In this document: positions 27,353 through 39,194 of the stretch, piece by piece | Numbering within the stretch: position 1 is the stretch's first letter | Layout of the letters: the number at the start of each line of letters is the position of its first letter | Source: Oculina patagonica | Taxonomy: Eukaryota | Length of the DNA stretch: 64,000 nt | Direction: 5' to 3' | Assembly: GCF_052425735.1 (NCBI RefSeq) | Contig: NC_135759.1 | Location: 1,116,001 to 1,180,000 of the forward strand | Translations under genes and position numbers: made by a program | Notes under the pieces: generated by a model | What the model was told of the DNA's origin: nothing | The model's database searches: none | Seen by the model: only the letters and a program-made list of their open reading frames with translations

Positions 27353-27613
27353 TCAGGGCCTATAAAGAAAATTCATCAAATTCTCCAAATTAGTGCTATA
27401 CGCGATGAATGTAGACCATATTCTTGGTTTACACATGACGTCATCAAAATTCTAAAATTCAAAATCGCGAGACCCCTGACTTTTTAACCTTCACTGCCTA
27501 ATAGATGTCCAAAATATATATGTTATTGAAGGATTTCAGCTCGATTGCGTCCGCCGTCCATAAGATATATGAATTTCGGAGTTTCGCACCACACGACATC
27601 AAAATGGCCTTAA

Positions 27614-28206
27614 CCCTATTCAGACCGGGGGGGGGGGGGGGGGGGGTGGGCTTTTGAGGCCCGCGCTGACTTTGAACTTTTATAACTTTTTTAAGGTTTA
27701 ACCAAACGCTGCCAAACTTTCTGAGTTTTCCTAAAATTTATCTGGCAACAATTTGGTAGGGTTGGATGATGTGTCAGGAACTTGACATCACCATGGCAAC
27801 GGCATTTTGACAGGCATGTTTTCCCAAATTTGTAATTTTGCGTGTTTCTGTTAATAAAAATCAACTTAAATGGAATTATTTTTACAGTTTTACGGGTTTA
27901 AAGCACATTTTTATTTATTTTAAGTACTTTGCAGTGATTTTGGGTGGTTTTCTGGCATTTTGGAAAAATTTTGAAATCCAAGATGGCGGATCCAAGAAGG
28001 CGGCTGTTTTGACATCATGATGTAATTGTCACGTGATGTGACGTCACCATCCCACGTGACGTATACCAAAAGAAAGAGTTTCGGACATACAATACATCCT
28101 ATAAGTTTCATGAAGATTGCTTAAATATTCTGGAAGTTACATAGGGGGGGCTTCCGAAGCCCCCCCACGGTCTGAGAAGGTCCAAAAAAGCCCGGTCTGA
28201 ATAGGG
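27614..28206. mobile_element. piggyBac-type MITE nested in another repeat
   Basis: 16-bp TIR ccctattcagaccggg, TTAA on both sides. Confidence 0.85.
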
Positions 28207-28604
28207 TTAATGGCTATCACGTACGCTTAACAAAAATGCCTTATCCTGTTATTTTTAACAATCTAAACAATTGAGGTTTTACGAGAAGTGTTTATGTGAA
28301 TGTTTACGTGTTCATGAAGGTAAACTGACTGCTTTTTAAAGCAGAAGTAAAATATACCAGATGTTTTCGTTGATTTCCGACGGCCATCTTGGAGCCCTTT
28401 CACACGGACTCCAACATGGCTTCTCTATACTGTGCTCTCTAAATTTGTGTGGAGCATTTTGACGGTTATAACTCAAGTACGGAATACCGTACAGACCTTA
28501 GACTTGGACACGTTGACTATCTAGTAATTTTCTACAACCTGTAATATCCTTGATTCGTTACTGGCGTGACAGTGAAAACCAGCAATTGTTTTATATGGCG
28601 GAAA

Positions 28605-28735
28605 ATACATTTTCTTTTGTTTTCATGTTAATTGGCCTTCGTGGCCTCGATCGCATCTGCAGAGGTCAAAAGAATTTTTGGATTAAAACGAGGCCATGAA
28701 GGCCAATTAACATGAAGACAAAAGAATACTGTTTT
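28605..28735. repeat. Hairpin/MITE remnant
   Basis: ttcatgttaattggccttcgtggcctcg ... cgaggccatgaaggccaattaacatgaa. Confidence 0.75.
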
Positions 28736-28839
28736 TTTTTTTGGCCATTTTGGAAAGAGGCGTATGGCTTAAAATAATAGTAAATCTGTTTTTTGTTCAA
28801 TGTTATGATTTCTTTATTGACTCAGAGCTTTTTCTTTTT

Positions 28840-30301
28840 TCATGGAGAAATGGAGAAAATCAGGCATTTACAACACACTCGTATTTCCTGAGTATAAGGA
28901 AACAATTGCTCGTATCCCGTATGCGGATCACACTTTCCTGTCTTGTATAAAAACAGCTGATTCAGCACAGCACTCTTACACGTGCCGTACTGTTCTCGCG
29001 ATGAGCACAAGCCTTCTTCACACGTGACTTCGTTAATGTATCTCGGAATCTTGTTGGGTCCCAGGTCCGTGACTGCAGGGCATTCAAGGCATCCGCCTTC
29101 CGTTATGTGACAGAGAGTGCGTGACTTTAGTATGCTCGGCCGCGTGGGAGGGCGAGATGGGAGATTAGGAAGGTAGAAGGCTTTATGTGGCGACGCGCTC
29201 GCGTTTGTAACAAGGTTGGGGAATTTACGTGCTTCTTCCCAAGTAAACGCCATATATTGGGCACTGTAGCCGCCATAAGACTGTGCTCCTGGCCTATAGC
29301 CTAACATTTGTATTATCTGAGCTTGGGGGTAAGGCTTGCACCATGGCTTCTTTCTGTGTCCTTTTCCGCGGCCTACTTTGAGTGGAAAAATCGACCAGTC
29401 CGTTTGGTTGTCATCTTTTTCTAGAGAACCAAACTCCTCTGGGACGGTGGGAAGACCGTTGACTGCTGTAAACTGCAGGCAGCTGATAACAGTCGTGATC
29501 GTCAAAGCAAGCTGCAAAAGAAAAAAATTATAAAGAAATTACAAATTAAATTACAAAAATAAAATGATCAAAAATTACAAAGTAATCCATTTACAAAATA
29601 GTATCATTTAAGGTGCGTGCGAGGCAAATTCTGCCCGAAATTCCTCGCATCCTTGTTAAATTTAATTGTGCAAAGGACTATTTTGTGTCGCTATATGCAT
29701 TTTTTTAAATCTTGCCTGTTCATTACTGTCCATTCCTCTTTCTTCTTTTGCTTTCGCTTGTGGGACTAGTTGACTGCATTTAAGCCTGGTTTTCACTAGC
29801 GACGCAAGCACAAGCGCAAGGATAACAGCTCTTATTTCACCTTGAATACGGCTTCGAAGCAAGCAAAAGCACAAGCGCATTGCATTTTGATGCTTGTGCT
29901 TGTGCTTGCGATAAGCACAAGGACAAGGGTCAAAATTTGTCCTTTTTGCGTGTTTGCGCTTATGCTTGCACTTGTGCTTGCGTCGCTAGTGAAAATCAGG
30001 CTTTAATGTTCACAGGTGTGGCATTTTCACGTTTATATCGGAAGGTACTTGCTGCCATTAACTCTTTTAATTCTCGAAGTCCAATGGATTATAAACGCTG
30101 ATGAGCGATGTTTATTGGCAAATTCCACTTGAAACGGATTTAACTTAAGAAATTGATATCAAAGTCCTTTTCTGAGGCTTAATGTCATTGACTTTAATAA
30201 TTATTTGGATTACGGTAACATTATTTAATAAGGCCCCAGAAAATATTTTGTTTTTCATCCATTGAGAAGAGAAAGAGACTTACCAGTATTTTTGCGTCCA
30301 T
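28840..30301 (-). CDS. Cystine-knot family gene 6 (subfamily II); intact ORF, no recognisable promoter/exon 1 of its own
   Basis: Coding exon 30301-30284 (MDAKIL|GTAAGT) and acceptor ttttgcag|29511; VTDLGPNKIPRYINEVTC..IRVCCKC. Confidence 0.85.
29783..30002. mobile_element. PIF/Harbinger-type MITE in the intron of gene 6
   Basis: About 30-bp TIR agcctg(g/a)ttttcactagcgacgcaagcacaag, TTA duplication. Confidence 0.8.
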
Positions 30302-31478
30302 TTCAGGTAACTGAAATCTTTCTGCAATTAAAGCTAAAAATAAAACTTCATTTAGATTAATATTCAGCGCGGCAACTGTTTGCGAATTACGAAACCTTAT
30401 TAGTTACGCCGTCTTTTCGTTAACGGAGGTGTTAAAAGCTACAATCCAAGCCAGAATATGACAACCCAACAAAGCATGGCCGCTTCCAATTTTCAGGATA
30501 ACTTTCAAATGGAATTGACTACCTGCCACTTCGTGATTAAGAATATTACCTTCGAGGAGCTTTGACCCGAAGAGCGCTTTTTTCTTTATTTACTTGAGTC
30601 TTTCTGACTAAAAAAAGGTGTTTCAGCCTGTGTGTGCGCAGTGTCATTTTCTCAATTGTGGCAAAACAAATTTGTTTATAACAGTGCAAAGAACGTGTGA
30701 AAATGAAATCGAGAACATGTGTTCACTTACTGCATTTCCGGCTACATAAGATATAGATATGTGGTTCTCTACACATGCATACCGAATAAAACTCGCGAAT
30801 CTCTGGATCGGAGGTCCGGGAAAATGGATATATTGTTAATTAAGGAGGCTCATAAAGTTTTCCAGCACTTTCGAGCTCTTATACTTTGATGGGTCAGTAC
30901 TACAAATATTTATCAGTTGCTGCAGCAATTATAATATCCAACGAATGTCCAATTATTACTGAAGAAGTTGTGGCCATTTTCATTACGCCACTGCTTACCA
31001 TAGCAACAGTAGGATCTGTTTATAACTCAAAAACGTGCTCGGTGACCCCATTTTTATGATGGAATAATGATCAGCATGTTAAGATACAACTTTTGGCAAA
31101 GTTTTTTAAAAAAATTGTACACGGGCTCAGAGCCACCTTAAATTTTCGAAAATTTAACACAGGAAACAAATATGCATTTGGAACATCGGTCAGTTCTAGC
31201 TAACAAACTGATCAGCGAATACTAATATTGTAAAATCAATTCCCCTACTAGGAGACCAGAAAGGGCTTAAAGGCTTAATGCATCATCAAATTCGATTCTC
31301 CCAACTAATACTAGTAAGAAAGGTTTGTTGGCATAAGATAACTTTACCCAATCACTCTCAAATACATTACGCCTTTACTTGTTTATTAATTGATTCAGTT
31401 TGACAAAACATGTAATCTATTTTTCTGTAATCATTAGTTTTTTCATTAGTTTTTTCGATCGTGTGTCATGTAAGCTCA

Positions 31479-33533
31479 CTACCACACCATGCATTTACAG
31501 CACACTCGTATTTCCTGGGTATAAGGCTCCAATTCTTCGTATCCTGCAGAATCACACCGTCCCGTCTTGTAATAAAACTGCTGACGCATGATACCAGTTT
31601 TACAAGTACGGGTGGACTCTTTCCCCGAGCATGACAGTTGGCCGCATGTGACCTCGTTGATGAAGGAGGGAATCTTAAGATCACCCAGGGACGTGACTGT
31701 AGGGCATTCACTGCATATGCGCTTGTAACTACCGTCCGCTGTCTGGCAGTTTTCGCTTGACATCAGACTCTTCGGCTGTGAGGGAGCACGAAGCGGGAGA
31801 TTGCGAATTGGGGAGACTTCTTGTGGCCACCAGCTGGTAGTTGAAACAAGGTTGGGGAATTTACGTGCCTCCTCCCAAGTAAACGCCATGTACAGCGGAT
31901 TGTAGCCATAATGCGGCGCTCCGAGAATATTCAGCTTTGTTATTAGCTGTGCTTGCGTGTAAGACTTGCACCAAAATGGCCAAGCTCTCGGGATCTGTTT
32001 TTTTTGGGGGTGCGGTTTAAGCGGATAAACTGCCCAGGCCGTTTGATTGCCATCTTTTCCCAAATGACCAACTTTCCCTCCGGGAGTGACAAAACTGCTG
32101 ACTTTTGTAACGCGCAGGCAGCTAATCACAGTCATGATCGTTAAGGAGAGCTGCAAACATGAAAATAAAGTGGATTCAAGGTATTTTTGTCATTAGAACT
32201 TTCAAGGTTACGAAGAGAATCTCGAGTCGAAATAAGCTGTTCATTGTTTAATATGCAGACATTACTGCCAATATTTTGACATCGGTTATTGGCTTTAAAT
32301 TTAAGAGCATTTTCAGCATTCATCTCCTGTCATTAATTCTTTTCTTATTTTTTCATCTCCTACAATATAGTTAGGAGAGTTATAAGTAGTTCCTTAAAAT
32401 TCAATTTTGTAATTATATTAGAGCACGGATCTCTGGAAGACCATCAATTGATGAATGTGATTCCGTGGATAAATAAATAAGTTTCTATCTTGACTCTTTT
32501 TAGGTCTGTACTTTCTTCTTTTCGCTCTAATTTTGCCTGAATGAAGAGTTAACGACAGTTATTAAGCTACATCAGTCTTACAAAGCTACATCTGTGTGAC
32601 ATTTTCATTGTTTTCTTAGTATGCAGTAGCTAATCACCGTGCTGTTGACAAAGCCGGAAGACTGACAAGAGTAAATTAGCATCCATAACAAGGGCATGCT
32701 TTACTGGCTAACTCCGGTTGAAACGGATTTCCACTTCAAAGATATAGTCCTGCAGTAGTAATTTCTTAACCCTTGATATGCTAAACCCGGATTTTTCCAG
32801 GATTTGGAGGAATGGCCATTCCACCACTTATGACGTCACCAATTTACACGTCAGCAGATTTTTGTGATGTGCTCATTATAGAGTTTGGATAGATCTTTCC
32901 ACAGGAGTGTCCATCTCGAATATTGACTGCATTCCGACAGAGCTAATCGAAAAAACCGTCATCAGGTTTTGTTGTAAAATTGGTGCTAAAACAGGCCAAT
33001 ATACCCGCACTTGATCATGGTCTCCTTTCCAGGGATTTCCATTGATTAAGATCAAAAATTTTCAGGCCAGTAGAAGGGGTGCACAGAGTAAAAGATAGAG
33101 AGAATAAGAAAGCAGAGAAAAACGAAAAGGAAAGGAGCAAGGAAAAAAATCAGAACGGTTCCGCAAAAAAAGGTCCAAATTTTGGCTTATGCGCATGCGC
33201 CAAAATAAAATATTGTACATTTTTACATGGAAATTTCATCAAAAATTTACTGCAGTGTCAGAAAGTGCATTTCTAGCAAAGTTTAGATAAATTTAAGACC
33301 GTAGAGCTAAGAAAATTTAATTAACGGTTAAAAAACGTGTTTTTGGAGTAATTTCAGCATATTAAGGGTTAAGCCATAATTTCATTAACTCTAAAACTAA
33401 TTGTAACGATATGTTTATTTTCTTCCGGAGGTACTCCTGCCCCGGAAAATGACTAAGTGCTTTTTTTTTACCCATTAGTTTTGTTAACGTCTGCAGAGAA
33501 GAGAAAAGTACTTACCAGTATTTTAGCGTCCAT
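31479..33533 (-). CDS. Cystine-knot family gene 7 (subfamily II), intact
   Basis: Coding exon 33533-33516 (MDAKIL|GTAAGT) and acceptor gtttgcag|32150. Confidence 0.88.
32770..33368. mobile_element. piggyBac-type MITE in the intron of gene 7
   Basis: TIR ccctt(g/a)atatgct, TTAA flanks; absent from the paralogous intron at ~37430. Confidence 0.8.
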
Positions 33534-34326
33534 TTTCAAGTAAGTGAAATCTTGCTGCAAAAAACAAAAGGAAGCTTGATTAAGATTAATTTTCAAAGCA
33601 GCAACTGTTTGCTAAGATACTTTATAATTAGTTAAGCCACGCTCAGTTTTTTCATTAAGGGAGGCACTAGAAGCTTCTTTTGCGAACTTTATTGGTCAGG
33701 AATAATAATCTACAAGCTTCAGTCTGAGCAATCATTAACCGTTTTCAAGGTGACATTCGAAAGCAATTGACTAACGCAGTTGGGTCAGAATGCGACAACC
33801 TAACAAAGTACGACCTCTCCCGTTTTTTCAGGATAACGCTCAAAGGGAATTGGCAACATGTCACTTCGTGATCAAGTTAGTTACGCTTCACATAAATTGC
33901 ATAGAACTGAAGTAAGCAAAAAGCGAATATCAGTTATATAATTTGAGTTCAGAATCACGATACAAAAGGTTTGTATAATTGCTTTTCTTTAGTAAAAGCA
34001 ATTGAAAGATGCCTGGTTAGAATTTGTAGACATGGACTAAAATATCTCAGCATCCAAATGAGTTCGAGTTTGGGTAGCTGTCTTTTCGTACGGTTAGGCA
34101 CGAGCTGTTTTAAAATGGCGCTGAAAACGTTTTCAAAGAAGCTCTCGTGTTGATTTTCCAAAGCATAGAACAAAACTGAGGGCTATAAGATTAATATTAA
34201 AACTAAAGCTGTCCTACGTTTCGATGTAACAACTTAAGTTAAACGTCGGACAACTTTAGTTTTAATATATACTTCTACTGAAGTTTTTCAGTAAACCGTT
34301 GTCTATAAGATAAAGCTTAAAAATAC

Positions 34327-34439
34327 CTTTCAGTTTCAATATCGTTTGGTCTTCTTCAGTGCAGTTCAGTCAGTGAAGCTTCTGTCCTTCACAAGTTCCA
34401 CCTTGACTGTACTAACCAGAAAATTGTCCTGTATTTATA
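34327..34439 (-). promoter_or_regulatory. TATA box and non-coding exon 1 of gene 7
   Basis: GTATAAATACAGG on the minus strand at 34434-34439; donor GAAAG|GTAT at 34327. Confidence 0.75.
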
Positions 34440-36150
34440 CTGCATTAAAAGCATAGTCATCCGCCCGGAAGATTACTCTCAACATAATCTCCAGGGGCCA
34501 TTTCGACAAATGGCATCTGACTGTTCTTTCTACAGTTATGAACATGTAATTACATAAAACGCACTTTCATTGGTCGTGTGGTCGTTTGGCAAAAGGACAT
34601 GTAATCTCTGATATGACGTGTTTGTCCATTTTACTGGCCTTATTATATAAAATTAATAGAAAAAGGCCATTTCTTGTTTACATAACTTGAAACAAACACT
34701 CGAGTCAGTTTGACAGAATCAGGCAATAGTATTTCATATGTAAACTCGAGCTTATAGTTCCCGTTTGCATGAAACTCGGCACAGGTTCGCTTCTACTATC
34801 CATGCATAAATTTTCGAATTCTAACAAACTTTCTATTGCAAACAAGCGCGTCATTTTCTATTTTTCTAAATATTTGTGTCGTGAAAGACAAAAAATTTTA
34901 CAGACAAGTAAAAGATCAACAAAGAAATGGGCAATATTACAGTTTCCTTTTTGCCATTATCTATTCGATCCTCTTTACCAGAAATAATGCTATATGACTG
35001 TAATTTCCGGTCAAATTTCCTTTGTATGCAGTTAATGTTCCTGTTTTCTTGTTGTTGTTTTTTTTTTTTTAATTTTTGCTGAATTTTTAATTTATTGGAC
35101 AGAAAGTACATAGTCTTGAAGTCATCTTGATGGTAATCGATAGGTGAAAACTTGATGATCAATTATAGTATTTTGAGTCTAATAACCATAAAATATGATT
35201 TAGTGAATTTTTTTTTTCAGAAGGCTTTTTATGTTGTCGAACTGGTCAATCAAAGTCAGCTAATTAAAGATGCATAAATGAGTGAAAAATGGCCATTTTT
35301 GCAAGGGGTCCCATAAATTGGAGGAAATAAAATATTTTAACTTTATGTTTTGTCACAATTAATAACTCATCATGCCCAACATTTGTGCCAAGTTTGAACG
35401 AAATTTGTGATTTGAGATGCATCACCCCCTGCCTGGTCCTCACTTGAACATGCCCTTAAAATACTTACAGATTTTAATGGAGCAATCACTGAAAGCCCGA
35501 AGTTTTCCAATTTCTTATTAGCCCATTAGCAAAAATTCGTTATCTATCAGAAGGTGCACGAATAAGGTAAATTTTGTAGAGAAAATATTGGAAGAATTTT
35601 GCCGCATAAATTTCTTTAATACATCATTATAAATTAACCCATTTGTACAGGAAATTGCAAGACAAGCAGGGTCCCATGTTTGATGTCATACTCCAAACCA
35701 TCCGGTCTGGATGTCAAGTATGGCATTAACTGTAAAAAAGCTACTTGAGAATTCGAAAGTCATTGCATTAGTGCTAGGATAGCAAACAATTTTGGCTTTG
35801 AGAGGTCTAGCCGGCTTTTTGAATTTTTGTTTAAACGTTTCAAAACAGTAAAGTAGTAATCCAGAAGCCCACATCTTTGGAAAATATTGAAAAGTCATAA
35901 TAGACAGGCCTGGGGTTAAAGAGATTAAAGGATTTAAAATACAACATCAAATTCTCCCTTCTTTTAAAAATAAGAAAGATATGGAGACCAATAAAGAGAA
36001 TTTTTATCTTGACTTCAGGCCACATTACACAAGCTTCATTCTCACGACTGTTGCCATTTTACCCGTTTATTAAAGTGACTCGTTTTACATGGCATGAACT
36101 CTACTTATTCCATCAGTTTTCCTTCTGCTTTTCTATAAACGTTAGTAGAC

Positions 36151-37581
36151 TCACGGGATCACCATGCATTTACAGCACACTCGTATTTCCTGGGTATAAG
36201 GCTTCAATTCCTCGTATCCCGTATGCGAATCACACTGTTCTGTCTTGTAATAAATCTGCTGAAGCATGATGGCATTTTTACACAAACGGACTGACTCTTT
36301 CCCCGAGCACGACAATTTTCCGCATGTGACCTCGTTGATGTAGGGCGGAACTTTATCTTCACCAAGTGTCGTGACTGTAGGGCATTCACTACACATGCGC
36401 ATAAGTCCACCGTCCGCTGTCTGGCAGTTTTCAGGTGACGTCAGACTGGTCGGCTGTTTGGGAGCATGAAGGGGCAGATGAGGAATCGGGGAGACTTCTT
36501 GATGCCACAGACTGTTAGTTGAAACAAGGTTAGGGAATTTACGCACCTCCTCCCAAGAAAACGCCATGTACCGTCCATTGTAGCCGCCATAAGACTTTGC
36601 TCCTAGTTTATTTAGCATTCTTTTTAGTTGTTTTTGGGTGTAAGTCTTGCATCGCAGTGGCCAATGTCTCGGGCTCTGGGTTTTCTGGTGGGTAAGCTTA
36701 GGCGGAGAAACGGTCCAGTCCGTCGGGTTATCATCTTTTTTTAAAGAACCAAGTTCCTCTGTGGCGCTGGGAAGACCGCTGACTGTTGTAAGCCGCAGGC
36801 GGCTGATAGCAAGCAGGATCGTTAAGGAGAGCTGCAAAATGAAATAAATGGGGAGCATATCCAGTATTCATCTCCTGTTTAACAATCCTTTTTTTCATTA
36901 GTTATTCATCTCCTACAATAAAGTTGGAGAGTTTCAAGTAGTTTCATCGTCTTCCGGATTCTTATTCGGTCTACTTCCTTCTTTCCGCCCTAATTTCGCC
37001 TGAATGACTAGTTAACGGCCTTTAAAAATATATAAGTTACATCGGAGTGGCATTTTCATTGTTATTTTAAAACGCATTAATGTGGTTACCGTTGCGTTAC
37101 CGTACGTTGCGTTACATCCGGGTTCGTTCTATGACACGTAATATCCCCTAGGGAATCGCACGTGCGAACTTGTGGAGTTTTAGTTTTAGTTTTTGCAGTG
37201 TATGGACAAACAGTTTTTAAATGTGCCTTTGCACGTTTTGTGCATCCTTTCTTGGACTTTGACATTGTAAGGAACAGCTTATATATGGAAGCTACAATTA
37301 ATTACCATGCTCTTAAAGTCCTCGACAAAACAGTAGAGCAAATGGATTGACCGATTAAGTAAACTTAAGCATCGATAACTAGGACGTGTATCCAGGTGTA
37401 CTTCAAAGATATAGTCCTGGAGTAGTAAATTCTTGACCCTTAATCTCGATTTCTCTAAAACTAATTGCAACGATTTATTAATTCCGCCCCCGGAGGCCTT
37501 CCTGCCTCGGCAAATGACTGCGATTGTTCCCCATTATTGAGAAGAGAAGAGAAAAGTACTTACCAGTATTTTAGCGTCCAT
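36151..37581 (-). CDS. Cystine-knot family gene 8 (subfamily II), intact
   Basis: Coding exon 37581-37564 (MDAKIL|GTAAGT) and acceptor ttttgcag|36831. Confidence 0.88.
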
Positions 37582-38721
37582 TTTCGCGTAACTGAAATCT
37601 TTCTCTAATTAACAAAAATAAATGTTTATTTAGATGAATATTCAAAGCGGCAACTGTTTACTCGAAAATTTTATTAAGTATGCCACACGATTTTTTTTCG
37701 TTAACAAAAGTGGAGAAAGGTACAATCTGAGCCATAATATGATCTGACAACCTTACGTATGGCCGCCGCTCCCAAATTTCAAGATCACGACGTTAAAAGC
37801 TTAAGGGAATTGACTACATGCAACTTTGTGATTAACAATACTACCTTGGGGAAGATGTGGCAAAAGAGCATCCTGTTCTTTATAGACATGTTGCATAAAG
37901 GGCACCCAAATTTGAATAATTGTACTGTTCAAATGCAGTCGCCATTTATCCAAAAGGTCAATTAACTTGAGTCTTTTTTACTGTAAAAATACCTTTTGGC
38001 TTGCGTGTTTCAAGTGTCATTTCGCAATTTTGGCAAAACAAATTTGTTTTTAACCGTGCGAATGAAAACGAGAAAATGAAAACGAAAAATAAATAAAGGT
38101 TACTTGTGGTAACTTCGGTATCATCGTTATGTCAATATATGGGTTCTCTAAAATTGAGGTTCCTTTGGCTCTTCCCATTGTTTGATTCACTGAAGTAATG
38201 ACAACATCTAAAAGCGAGCCATACTGTAAAAAATGAAAACTGTTCGATTGGTAAAATATGGATAATTTAAGTAGAAGCTTTTAGTCTTGGTACTTTAGTC
38301 CCCTCTTGACTTATACTGCAATTGTAGCAGATAAATTGAATTTATATGTATTTGAAGTAAACAAAAAAGCGAATAACCGTTAATTTGTATTGCTTAAGAC
38401 CAGAGTTAAAGATAAAAAAAAAAGGTTTGTACAGTAGTTGCTTTTTTGATAAAAGTAATAGAAAGGTGATTAGTCAATGTACAAGAAGTTAAGCATAAAT
38501 ATCAGCACTCGACTGAGTTCGAGTTTCAGTAGCTTTCTTTTCGGTCCGTTAAGGACGAGCTGTTTGTAAAAAAAAAAAAAAATCGGTCTTAAAAAACCTT
38601 TTAAAAACAATTTTTAAAATGTCGATGGCAAAAGTTTTCAAGCAGCTCTCATGTTCAATTTTCCAGCGAATAGGACAAAACTGTTATCTTTTTATATTGC
38701 AAAAAATATATTTTAAAATAC

Positions 38722-38828
38722 CTTTCAGTATCTTTTGGTCTTCTTTAGTGCAGTTCAGTCAGCAAAGCTTCTCTTTTTCACAAGTTCCACCTTAACTGTG
38801 CTAACCAGAAAATTGTCTTGTATTTATA
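38722..38828 (-). promoter_or_regulatory. TATA box and non-coding exon 1 of gene 8
   Basis: TATAAATACA at 38823-38828 (minus strand); donor GAAAG|GTAT at 38722. Confidence 0.75.
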
Positions 38829-38928
38829 TTGCATTAAAAGAATAGTCATCCGGAACAATCCTTTCAACATAACCTTCAGGGGTCGCTATATTTTGACAAA
38901 TGGCATTACTGTTCATTCTGCACTGTGA

Positions 38929-38969
<41 letters not shown>

Positions 38970-39194
38970 TAGCAGTTTATTTATTAACAATGACAATACA
39001 ATACATTACAATACATAGCTTACTTAAAAAAAAGCATTATTTAAGTTAAACAGAGGGCATGCAAAAATAAATTGATAAATAAATAAATAACAAAGAAAAT
39101 AACAAAGAAAAAAAAGGACAGAGGAAAGGTAGCGTGGCTGACTATTTTTTTTTTTTTTTTTGGCCTTTTTAAATACTATATTTAATGTTGAGGG

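Noticed and set aside
34190-34266. Short hairpin with gtttcg, a possible Penelope-associated hammerhead ribozyme
   Set aside because: No intact CTGAnGA core in the correct arrangement could be found.
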